This document shows positions 43,631 through 51,613 of a stretch of 64,000 bases of DNA, piece by piece (the stretch's first letter is position 1; each line of letters starts with the position of its first letter). The stretch is taken from positions 1,718-65,717 of the forward strand of contig DASXED010000126.1 in the NCBI GenBank assembly GCA_036490295.1. The letters run 5' to 3'. The notes beneath the pieces are model-generated. The model searched no databases. It was not told where the DNA came from and saw only the letters and a list, made by a program, of their open reading frames with translations. The position numbers and the translations under genes were made by a program. This DNA comes from Verrucomicrobiia bacterium. GTDB taxonomy: Bacteria; Verrucomicrobiota; Verrucomicrobiia; Limisphaerales; UBA11358.

Positions 43631-44314
43631 TTAACTTTCCCTCGGCCTTTTGACGACGACTTCGATTGGGGATTTGTTTTTCGCGATCATGTTCGCGGGC
43701 AAAATGCCGCGCCAGAAGACGTTCGGGTAAATCACCGCGCTGCGGCCGAGGATGCTGCCGGGGTTCAGCACGGCGTTGCAGCCGGCTTCCGCGCCGTCGC
43801 CCAGCAGCGCGCCGAACTTCCCCAGGCTGGTGTCAAAAGGTTGCCCGTCAATTTCCACAAAAATATTTCCCGCCAGCAGCTTGATGTTGGAAATCTTCAC
43901 GCCCGCGCCGAGGTGCGCCTTGTGGCCGAGGATGGAGTCGCCGATGTAATTGAAGTGCGGCGCGGCGGCTTGATTGAACAAAATTGAATTTTTTATTTCC
44001 GTAGAATTTCCGATAACGCAATCGTCGCCGATGATGACGTTCTCGCGGATGTAGGCGTTGTGGCGAATCTGGCAATTCTTCCCGATGATGGCCGGGCCTT
44101 TGATCATCGCGCCTGGTTCGACAACCGTTCCTTCGCCGATGAAAACTTTTTCGCCGATGCTCGCGCCGGGAAATCTTTTGGGCGGATTTTGTTTCGGCGC
44201 GCTGGCGAGATAGCTTTCAATTTTTTTGAGCGCGTCCCACGCGAATTTGCAATCGGCAAAAATCGCGGCGTGTTCGGTTTGGCTCAAATCAAACAGGTCG
44301 GCTGGCTTGAACAT
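43631..44314 (-). CDS. Left-handed beta-helix (hexapeptide-repeat) transferase, GlmU C-terminal-like
   Basis: Consecutive hexapeptide repeats ('IGEGTVVEPGAMIKGPAIIGKNCQIRHNAYIRENVIIGDDCVIGNSTEIKNS'). Confidence 0.7.
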   Translation of the reverse strand: MFKPADLFDLSQTEHAAIFADCKFAWDALKKIESYLASAPKQNPPKRFPGASIGEKVFIGEGTVVEPGAMIKGPAIIGKNCQIRHNAYIRENVIIGDDCVIGNSTEIKNSILFNQAAAPHFNYIGDSILGHKAHLGAGVKISNIKLLAGNIFVEIDGQPFDTSLGKFGALLGDGAEAGCNAVLNPGSILGRSAVIYPNVFWRGILPANMIAKNKSPIEVVVKRPRES

Positions 44315-44370
44315 GACGCGAGGTTAATGAATTTGTGCGCGGCGGCAAAGTGAAATGGTCATTTTACAGT

Positions 44371-44492
44371 TTAAGACTTCCGCAAAAGAAGTGTGGCGGA
44401 TTTTGGCAGAAAGCCGCATTTTTCAATTTCAAAGGGTTGCGGCGCTCTGCCGAGACGCCGCTACGACACATCGTTGTTTTTCGAAGCCTCAA
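44371..44492. repeat. Foldback REP/MITE-like element, family 1, copy 2
   Basis: The inner core GGCAGAAAGCCGCATT.TT.AATTTC.AAGG.TTGCGGCGCTCTGCCGAGACGCCGCTACG is nearly identical to 8000-8060. The imperfect outer inverted repeat TTAAGACTTCCGCAAAAGAA / TTGTTTTTCGAAGCCTCAA is related to the copy-1 arms. Confidence 0.7.
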
Positions 44493-44564
44493 TTTTGCCA
44501 AAGACATAGTCCCGGTTCGCCGAAAAAAGTTGAAGAAACGCGGATTCAGTGGTAGCCAGACAGC

Positions 44565-45104
44565 ATGAGAATTGCGCTGTTATTTGTTTTTGCCGTTTTG
44601 TCCGCACCGGCACAGACGAATTTTGCCGCGCCCGCAAACGCATTGGCGGCAGTTTCCAGTTCACCTTCGGCTGCGCAACGCTTCGAAAAAGTCCGGCTGG
44701 AGTGCATTCAAAACCGCCGGATGATTTGCGGCAAAATCCTGAAGGTGCTGCCGGACGGACTCGTGGTGGACAGCGGCTACACCAATTTAATGCGCGCGCC
44801 GTTGAACCGTTCGTGGCTCATTCCCGGCACCGCCGTGGCGACGCGCGCAACCAATTTGGTCGAAGCCAGCCAGCCGGACGCTGTTTGCATCGGCCTGGTT
44901 TTTGTGACCGACCTGCCGAAGTCGCCGGGTGCCAAGCCCAAGGTTTTTGATTACGTCAACATCGAAGGTTTTCCCGTCGGCTTATACACCTATGCTTCCG
45001 TCGGCACGCTTCAGCGGACTGTCCGGGAATTTTCCCACAAACTTGACAAGGCCGCCCAGTGGAATTTTGACCAAAGCGAAGGGCAAAACGCGCCGATGAA
45101 ATGA
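44565..45104 (+). CDS. Secreted hypothetical protein (179 aa)
   Basis: Signal peptide 'MRIALLFVFAVLSAPAQT'. ATGA overlap with the downstream di-heme protein gene. Confidence 0.5.
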   Translation: MRIALLFVFAVLSAPAQTNFAAPANALAAVSSSPSAAQRFEKVRLECIQNRRMICGKILKVLPDGLVVDSGYTNLMRAPLNRSWLIPGTAVATRATNLVEASQPDAVCIGLVFVTDLPKSPGAKPKVFDYVNIEGFPVGLYTYASVGTLQRTVREFSHKLDKAAQWNFDQSEGQNAPMK

Positions 45105-46480
45105 CGCCTGGATTCCGATCTGCAAAAAGTTTCTCCCGCAATGTTTTCTTCGCCGGAGTTTTGATCGTGCTTGGCGCGGCAATCATTTCCTGCGCCACGG
45201 GGAAAAAATCTCCCGCAATTTACGGATTGAATTCGCGGCTGCCGGCAAAACCGTTTTTGCAAATGCCCGGACTCGCGGACGGCGCGTTGCCAAAGTTACT
45301 TTCGCAAACCGGCGCGTTCAAAGACACGGCAAACCTCGTGCCAAACGCCGCGTTGATTCCCTACGATGTCATCGTTCCCTTCTGGTCCGATGGCGCGACG
45401 AAACTGCGCTGGATTTCCGTGCCGGATGAAAAAATAAAATTCGCACCGACGGGCGAATGGATTTTTCCGCGCGGAACGGTTTTTGTGAAAACATTCGAGC
45501 TGGCGACGAATGAAGCAAATCCAAATTTGAAACGCCGCCTCGAAACGCGTCTGCTCGTCTGTGATTCGGCGGGCGGCGTTTATGGCGTCACTTACAAATG
45601 GCGCGCGGACAACAACGACGCGGATTTGCTCGAAACAAATCTGGCCGAGGCAATTTCAATCCAGACCGCAACCGGCATTCGCACGCAACAATGGTATTAT
45701 CCGAGCCGCGCGGATTGCCTCGTCTGCCACACGGCGAATGCCGGTTTGGTTCTTGGCGTCAAAACGCGGCAGTTGAACCGCGACTTCGCCTATCCGCCCG
45801 GCGTGACCGACAACGAATTGCGCGCGTGGAATCACATTGGATTATTCGACACAAACCTGGACGAAGCGGATTTGAAAAATTTTCCACGGCTCGCGCGCCT
45901 CGACGACACAACGCGGACTTTGCAGGATCGCGCGCGTTCATATCTCGACGCGAACTGCGCGAATTGCCATCGCCCGCGCGGCACGGTCGCCTATTTTGAT
46001 GCGCGCTACGACACGCCGCTGGCGCGGCAAGGTTTGATTGACGGTCGCGTTTTAATTGACGAGCGCGTTGATAATTCGCGCGTCGTCGCGCCGAACGACA
46101 TCTGGCGTTCGATTCTTTTCATGCGGACGGACACGACCGAGGCTTTCAAAATGCCGCCGCTCGCGCGCAACCAGATTGACGAACAGGGAATGAAATTATT
46201 GCGGCAATGGATTGAAAGTCTGCCCGGCCCGCCGGTTTTGCCGCCGCCGGAAATTTCGCCGCGCGGCGGAAATTTTGACAAGCCGGTGCAAGCAAGCTTG
46301 AAAAGCGAGCCGGGCGCAAAAATTTATTACACTCTCGACGGAACCGTGCCGACAACTTCTGATTTGCTCTACGAAAATTCAATTCAACTTACTAGCCCAA
46401 CAATTCTTCGCGCAAAGGCGTTCAAGCCTGGCTTCACCAAAAGCATCACGACGCAGGAAATTTTCATCGTTGGGCAGTGA
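45101..46480 (+). CDS. Lipoprotein with a di-heme (2x CXXCH) domain and a chitobiase/Hex C-terminal-like domain
   Basis: 'AIISCATG' lipobox. 'CLVCH' and 'CANCH' heme-binding motifs. C-terminal 'AKIYYTLDGTVPTTSDLLYENSIQL..LRAKAFKPG'. Colinear with the C-terminal module of the giant protein (about 60800-62030). Confidence 0.75.
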   Translation: MTPGFRSAKSFSRNVFFAGVLIVLGAAIISCATGKKSPAIYGLNSRLPAKPFLQMPGLADGALPKLLSQTGAFKDTANLVPNAALIPYDVIVPFWSDGATKLRWISVPDEKIKFAPTGEWIFPRGTVFVKTFELATNEANPNLKRRLETRLLVCDSAGGVYGVTYKWRADNNDADLLETNLAEAISIQTATGIRTQQWYYPSRADCLVCHTANAGLVLGVKTRQLNRDFAYPPGVTDNELRAWNHIGLFDTNLDEADLKNFPRLARLDDTTRTLQDRARSYLDANCANCHRPRGTVAYFDARYDTPLARQGLIDGRVLIDERVDNSRVVAPNDIWRSILFMRTDTTEAFKMPPLARNQIDEQGMKLLRQWIESLPGPPVLPPPEISPRGGNFDKPVQASLKSEPGAKIYYTLDGTVPTTSDLLYENSIQLTSPTILRAKAFKPGFTKSITTQEIFIVGQ

Positions 46481-47570
46481 CAATTTTCAGTGATGCACTG
46501 GCGGTTCGATAAATCAAATTCTCATTTGCATCGGATTCAGCCAGTGCCTCGGCGATCAAATTGTGTCTTGGTGAAAGCGAACAAGCCGGATCGGTGACGG
46601 TGGCGTCGCCGGCCAGTAAAAATGCCTGGCAACGGCAACCGCCAAAATCAATTTCCTTGCGCGGACAACTTTGGCACGGCTCCGGCAGCCAGTCCGTGCC
46701 GCGAAATTTGCAAAACGATTCCGATTCAAACCAGATTTTTTCAAGGGAACGCTCGCGCACGTTGTCGAATTTCAATCCGCGAATCTCTCGCGCGGTCTGG
46801 CACGGCAGCACCGCGCCATCGGCGGCCACGGTCAAAAAAACGCGTCCCCAGCCGTGCAGGCAGGCTTTTGGAAATTGCCCGAAATAATCGGGCAGCACAT
46901 AAAGAATTTCCATGCGACCTTTGAGCCGCTCGCTCGCGGCACGCGCGACGACCGCCGCATTTTCCACCTGCGCGCGCGCCGGCAGCAGCGCCGCGCGATT
47001 TTTCAAGGCCCAACCGTTGAACTGCGTGTTCGCCAGTTCCAGCCGTTCCGCGCCGAGTTCTTCCGCCAGCGCGATGATGGCTTCGATGCGCCCGATGTTC
47101 TGGCGTTGCAACACCACGTTCAGCGTCAGCGAAAATCCGGTTTTTTTGACGAGCCGCGCCGCGCGGATTTTTTTTTCAAACGACGGCGCGCCGCCGGCCA
47201 TGCGGTCGGAATTTTCCGCGTCCGCGTCCTGGATGCTGACTTGCAAACTGTCCAATCCCGCGTCGCGCAATTGTCCGGCCAGTTTTTCTGTCAGCAAAGT
47301 TCCGCCGGTGCTCAAGTTGGTGTAAAGTCCCAACTCGCTCGCACGCCGGATGATTTGCGGCGCGTCGGCGCGCAGCAGCGGTTCGCCGCCGGAAAAATGC
47401 GCCTGCACGACGCCGAGCGCGGCGGCTTCGGTCAAAACGCGCTGCCATTCTTCCGTTGTCAATTCAGTTTTGTGGCGGGCGAAGTCGAGCGGATTGCTGC
47501 AATACGGACATTGCAACGGACAGCGATAAGTCAGTTCGCAAAGCAGTGAAAATGGGCGCGGCGTTTCCAT
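46464..47570 (-). CDS. pqqE: PQQ biosynthesis radical SAM/SPASM enzyme
   Basis: 'LLCELTYRCPLQCPYCSNP' and the C-terminal SPASM Cys clusters. Last gene of the pqq operon. Confidence 0.9.
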   Translation of the reverse strand: METPRPFSLLCELTYRCPLQCPYCSNPLDFARHKTELTTEEWQRVLTEAAALGVVQAHFSGGEPLLRADAPQIIRRASELGLYTNLSTGGTLLTEKLAGQLRDAGLDSLQVSIQDADAENSDRMAGGAPSFEKKIRAARLVKKTGFSLTLNVVLQRQNIGRIEAIIALAEELGAERLELANTQFNGWALKNRAALLPARAQVENAAVVARAASERLKGRMEILYVLPDYFGQFPKACLHGWGRVFLTVAADGAVLPCQTAREIRGLKFDNVRERSLEKIWFESESFCKFRGTDWLPEPCQSCPRKEIDFGGCRCQAFLLAGDATVTDPACSLSPRHNLIAEALAESDANENLIYRTASASLKIVTAQR

Positions 47571-47575
47571 CGGGT

Positions 47576-47860
47576 TCAGTCATCCAGCGTCACGAAAGTT
47601 TTTTGCGACAGCCTTTGCAAAATTTCTTTCACGTCTGCGTCAATTGCGTTTGCTTCGACTGCATATTGCGTGGCAAGCGTCTTGACAATTTCAGCAACCA
47701 TGCGTTGGCCGTCGCAAAGTGCGAGCACGTCGTGCGCGGTTTTGTTCAGCACGAGCACGCCTTCGGGAAAAAGCAGCAGATGTTTTTCGCGCACGGCGTC
47801 CCATTTCAACCGCGCCTTGTCGGCGAGGCGCGGTTTGGAAATGTCGGCGATGGCGGTCAT
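47576..47860 (-). CDS. pqqD: PQQ biosynthesis peptide chaperone
   Basis: 94 aa. 'LLLFPEGVLVLNKTAHDVLALCDGQRMVAEIV'. Position between pqqC and pqqE. Confidence 0.85.
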   Translation of the reverse strand: MTAIADISKPRLADKARLKWDAVREKHLLLFPEGVLVLNKTAHDVLALCDGQRMVAEIVKTLATQYAVEANAIDADVKEILQRLSQKTFVTLDD

Positions 47861-47861
47861 T

Positions 47862-48590
47862 TTATTTTGCCGGAGTCAAAACATACGCGAGGTGCATGGC
47901 GTCGAGCATGGCCCAGAGCAATTCGCATTTGAATTTCAACGCCGCCACGGCTTGTTCCTGCAATTCGCGGCTGCGGCAGCGTTCCACCACCAAGCGCAAA
48001 GTAAAATCCGTGTCGCGCGGCGCTTGCGTCAATCGTCCGCGAAAATAGCGCAGGCCTTCTTCTTTCACCCACGGATAATGTTGCTCGAACGCGGCGATGC
48101 GTCTGGCCATCAGCGACGGCGCAAATAATTCCGTGAGCGACGAAGCCATCGCGATGATCCACGGTTGCGCGCGGCAGAAATTGACATACGCATCCACGGC
48201 GTAACGGACGCCCGGCAGCAAATGCGTTTGCGCGAGCAATTCTTCGCGCGCCAGCCCGACGGCTTCGCCCAGCCGCAGCCATTTTTCGATGCCGCCGATT
48301 TCGGCGTCCGTGCCGTCGTGATCCAAAATGCGGTGAATCCATTCGCGCCGGATTTCGCGTTCGAGACAATTTGAAAGAATCGCCGCGTCCTTGATCGGAA
48401 TTTGCGCCTGATAATAAAAACGGTTGGCCACCCAGCCTTGAAGTTGAAACCGATTTAATTTGCCTTCGTTCATCAAGACGTGAAACGGATGCTTGTCGTG
48501 GTAAGTTTGATCGCCAACGGCGCGAAGGCGCGCAGTAAATTCTTCTGGCGGCCAGATTGAATCGCCGGAAATATTCCCGGAATTTTTCAT
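47862..48590 (-). CDS. pqqC: Pyrroloquinoline-quinone synthase
   Basis: '[32 protein letters not shown]' and full-length PqqC-like sequence. The overlapping 286-aa ORF in another frame is rejected. Confidence 0.95.
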   Translation of the reverse strand: MKNSGNISGDSIWPPEEFTARLRAVGDQTYHDKHPFHVLMNEGKLNRFQLQGWVANRFYYQAQIPIKDAAILSNCLEREIRREWIHRILDHDGTDAEIGGIEKWLRLGEAVGLAREELLAQTHLLPGVRYAVDAYVNFCRAQPWIIAMASSLTELFAPSLMARRIAAFEQHYPWVKEEGLRYFRGRLTQAPRDTDFTLRLVVERCRSRELQEQAVAALKFKCELLWAMLDAMHLAYVLTPAK

Positions 48591-49459
48591 GGGCGAATGT
48601 CCATTCCGTCGCGGGAAATTTCCACGCCCGCTCGCTCGACCATTTTTCGTTCGCGCGAGTTTTTTTGCAAAATTGGATTTGTATTGTTGATATGAGTGTA
48701 AATTTTACGCGGAACATTCAAGCTGCGCAACCATTCCAGGCTGCCGCCTGCGCCGTCAATTGGAACATGGCCCATCTCGCGCGCCGAGCGTTTGGACAGG
48801 CCGGGTGAAATCATTTCGCGCTCTGACCAAAATGTGCCGTCCACCAGCAGGCAGTCGCAGTCCTCAATGAAATCATTCACTGCCTTGTTGATCGCAGGCA
48901 GGCCGGGAAGATAAACAAAACTCTTGCGATTTGCTTCAAGCCGGAGGCCGACGACTTCGCCGCGTCGCACCGGACAGCGGGAATATGGTGGTGCTTTTTT
49001 GGTTTTCAATTCCAGCGCTGAAATGCGAATCCCCGCAATCTGAACCGGAAAAGTTGAATGACGAATCCGGCAATACTTTTCCAAAGTCGGCAGCAATGGA
49101 AACTGGCGGGTCAGTAAATTTTTAACCGCGCCTGTGCAAATCAATCGCAAGGATTTTTGCTCGCGCAACGAAAGAAGCCCGGCGACGTGATCCATTTCTC
49201 CGTCGGTCAAAATCACGGCCTGAACCGCGCTGCCGCGCAGTTTTCCGCCATGTTGCGTGAGTGATGGAAACGTGGCGAACTGAAAAACCAAATCCGGCGA
49301 GGCGTTGAGCAGCAGCCAATTTTTACCGTCACTGGAAACAGCCGCTGAAGATTGAGTCAGGAAATTTCCGCTCTTGCGGGCGGCACGGCAATTTTGACAG
49401 TTACAATTCCATTGCGGAACGCCGCCGCCCGCCGCAGAACCAAGCACTCGAATTTGCAC
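48587..49459 (-). CDS. pqqB: PQQ biosynthesis protein B (metallo-beta-lactamase fold)
   Basis: '[22 protein letters not shown]' N-terminus, '[13 protein letters not shown]'. 4-nt overlap with pqqC. Confidence 0.9.
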   Translation of the reverse strand: MQIRVLGSAAGGGVPQWNCNCQNCRAARKSGNFLTQSSAAVSSDGKNWLLLNASPDLVFQFATFPSLTQHGGKLRGSAVQAVILTDGEMDHVAGLLSLREQKSLRLICTGAVKNLLTRQFPLLPTLEKYCRIRHSTFPVQIAGIRISALELKTKKAPPYSRCPVRRGEVVGLRLEANRKSFVYLPGLPAINKAVNDFIEDCDCLLVDGTFWSEREMISPGLSKRSAREMGHVPIDGAGGSLEWLRSLNVPRKIYTHINNTNPILQKNSRERKMVERAGVEISRDGMDIRP

Positions 49460-49517
49460 GGCTGCTAAAGAAGTCGGCTTTGAATTGCGCCGCAGTTTCT
49501 TTCAGCGGCTGCGATCC

Positions 49518-49595
49518 TTATTTGCCGGCGTTCACATAGGCCGTGACTTCCATGCTCAAGCTGATTTCTTCAAATTCAGGTTTGATCCAGTTCAT
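49518..49595 (-). CDS. pqqA: PQQ precursor peptide (25 aa; not in the ORF track)
   Basis: My own translation gives MNWIKPEFEEISLSMEVTAYVNAGK*. It has the conserved W near the N-terminus and the E-X3-Y core (EVTAY). It lies 58 nt upstream of pqqB. Confidence 0.85.
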   Translation of the reverse strand: MNWIKPEFEEISLSMEVTAYVNAGK

Positions 49596-49701
49596 ATTTT
49601 TATTTTTGTTTGATTGTTCGGCAAAGAATATCAGTCCTGCGTTGTTAATTCAAGAAAAATTTTGAGTTTCGGGTTTCAGCGGTTGCTGTTAGCCTGATTT
49701 C

Positions 49702-50778
49702 ATGCGCGTGCAATCTTTGGATTTTCTGCGGACTTTGGTCAACACCCCAAGCCCGACCGGATTTGAAACCCGCGGCCAGCGGGTCTGGCTCGATTACGTC
49801 AAATCATTTGCCGGCGAAACTTTTTCCGACACCTACGGAAACTGCGTCGCCGTGCTGAACAAGGGCGGCTCGCCACGATTGATGCTCGCCGCGCACGCCG
49901 ATGAAATCGCCATGACGGTCAATTACATTGACGACGCGGGATTTGTTTATGTGCGCAAAATGGGCGGCGTGGATGCGTCCATCATGCGCGCGCAACGCGT
50001 GGTCATCCACTCGCGGCGCGGCGAGGTCAAGGGCGTGGTCGCAAACATCGCGCCGCATTTGACGCGCGAGAATGACAAGGAACCCAAGCCGCCGAAAATT
50101 CACGAACTGTTTTTGGACATCGGCGCGGCCAGCCGCAAGGAAGCGGAAAAACTCATTCAGATTGGCGATCCGATCACGCTCGACAGTGAATTTGCCGTGC
50201 TGCGAAATGAGCAGGTCGTGGCGCGCGCGCTCGACAATCGCGTCGGCACTTTCGCCGTGGCCGAGGCGTTGCGGCTGTTGAAAGAATCTGGAAAAAAACT
50301 GCACGCGGAAATTTGCGCCGTCTCAAACGTGCAGGAAGAAGTCGGATTGATGGGTGTGCGGCAGATCGCCTATTCGCTCAAGCCTGATATTGCGCTGATC
50401 GTGGACGTGACGCACGCGACGGATTGCCCGACGATCAGCAAGCCGCAACATGGCGACGTGAAAATCGGCGGCGGCCCGGCGATCACCCACGGCGGCTGCA
50501 ACCAGGCGGAAGTCGTCGCGCGGATCGAGCAGGTGGCGAAGGCGAAAAAAATTCCGCTGCAACACGAGGCTGTCTCGACTTCAAGCGGCACGGATGCCAG
50601 CGCGGTTTATTGGACTCGCGGCGGCATCGCCAGCGCGCTGATCGGCCTGCCGTGCCGTTATATGCACTCGCCGGTGGAAATGGCCAGCCTGAAGGATTTG
50701 GAAAAAATCCCCGAATTGCTGTCCGGCTTCGCGCAGTCCTTGAAGACGGGCGAACAATTCAAGGCGAACATTATTTGA
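49702..50778 (+). CDS. M42-family metallopeptidase (glutamyl aminopeptidase / endoglucanase-like)
   Basis: 'LRTLVNTPSPTGFE', 'MLAAHADEIA', 'ALDNRVG', 'SNVQEEVGLMG'. 358 aa. Confidence 0.85.
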   Translation: MRVQSLDFLRTLVNTPSPTGFETRGQRVWLDYVKSFAGETFSDTYGNCVAVLNKGGSPRLMLAAHADEIAMTVNYIDDAGFVYVRKMGGVDASIMRAQRVVIHSRRGEVKGVVANIAPHLTRENDKEPKPPKIHELFLDIGAASRKEAEKLIQIGDPITLDSEFAVLRNEQVVARALDNRVGTFAVAEALRLLKESGKKLHAEICAVSNVQEEVGLMGVRQIAYSLKPDIALIVDVTHATDCPTISKPQHGDVKIGGGPAITHGGCNQAEVVARIEQVAKAKKIPLQHEAVSTSSGTDASAVYWTRGGIASALIGLPCRYMHSPVEMASLKDLEKIPELLSGFAQSLKTGEQFKANII

Positions 50779-50822
50779 CCGTCAGCAAACAACGAAATGC
50801 CGATGCCAGCAACGTATGACGT

Positions 50823-51509
50823 ATGCAAAAGCCAAGCCTGCTCCAAATCAGTTTTTGCGTTTCGATTTTGTTTCACGTTGTTTTGTTGGGCGCGCTTGGG
50901 GTTTTTGGATTTGGCGCGAGCAAGCCTGCGCTTCAACAGGAAGACAATCTTGTCACGCTGACTTTGGTTGCCGCGCCGGATGAACCTGTCGCGCCCGCGC
51001 CGGTTGTCAAAGTTGTCGCGCCGGCAATTGTCCAACCATTGCCGGTGGAAAAAATTATTCCTGTCGAACCAATCAAACAACCAGTGCCGGAAATAAAACC
51101 AATAATTCCAATTCCGCAGCCAGTTCAAGTTGTCCTCGTCGCGAAGCCGGTTTCGAAAACGGAATCTCAAGGCGACGCGAGTTCGGCCAAGCCGGGAACG
51201 GATGCCATCACCGTGCAAGCGCAGCCGGACGTGGAGGCAAAACCGAATTACCTGAAAAATCCAGAGCCGGTTTATCCAGAATTGGCGCGACGCCGCCATC
51301 AGGAAGGTTTGGTTTTGCTGGCGGTGAAAATAACGGCGCAAGGCCGCGCCGGACGCGTCGAAATAAAAAAATCCTCCGGGTTTTCGCTGCTCGACAACGC
51401 CGCCGTTGAAGCCGTGCGCGACTGGGAATTTCAACCCGCCAGGATCGGCTCGCTCGCGCTTGAATCGGAAATTGAAGTGCCAGTGCGTTTTGAATTGAAA
51501 TCGCAATAA
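50823..51509 (+). CDS. TonB-family energy transducer
   Basis: N-terminal anchor, a Pro-rich spacer ('PVPEIKPIIPIPQPV'), and the C-terminal TonB domain 'PEPVYPELARRRHQEGLVLLAVKITAQGRAGRVEIKKSSGFSLLDNAAVEAVRDWEFQPA'. Confidence 0.85.
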   Translation: MQKPSLLQISFCVSILFHVVLLGALGVFGFGASKPALQQEDNLVTLTLVAAPDEPVAPAPVVKVVAPAIVQPLPVEKIIPVEPIKQPVPEIKPIIPIPQPVQVVLVAKPVSKTESQGDASSAKPGTDAITVQAQPDVEAKPNYLKNPEPVYPELARRRHQEGLVLLAVKITAQGRAGRVEIKKSSGFSLLDNAAVEAVRDWEFQPARIGSLALESEIEVPVRFELKSQ

Positions 51510-51613
51510 ATCGCAATCCGCCGACAATTTTTAGCAATTCACCGTTAGCAGTCGTTGGAACAGTTTTGCTAGTTTGTCAGGGTTTCCGCATTTCCCGCAT
51601 AACCTGCGTAATT

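Noticed and set aside
49702-50778. The M42 peptidase was considered as a dedicated PqqA-processing protease (a PqqF/G analogue) because it is divergent from pqqA.
   Set aside because: Known PQQ-associated peptidases belong to other families (M16 and others). Adjacency alone is insufficient, so this is kept as an ordinary annotation.
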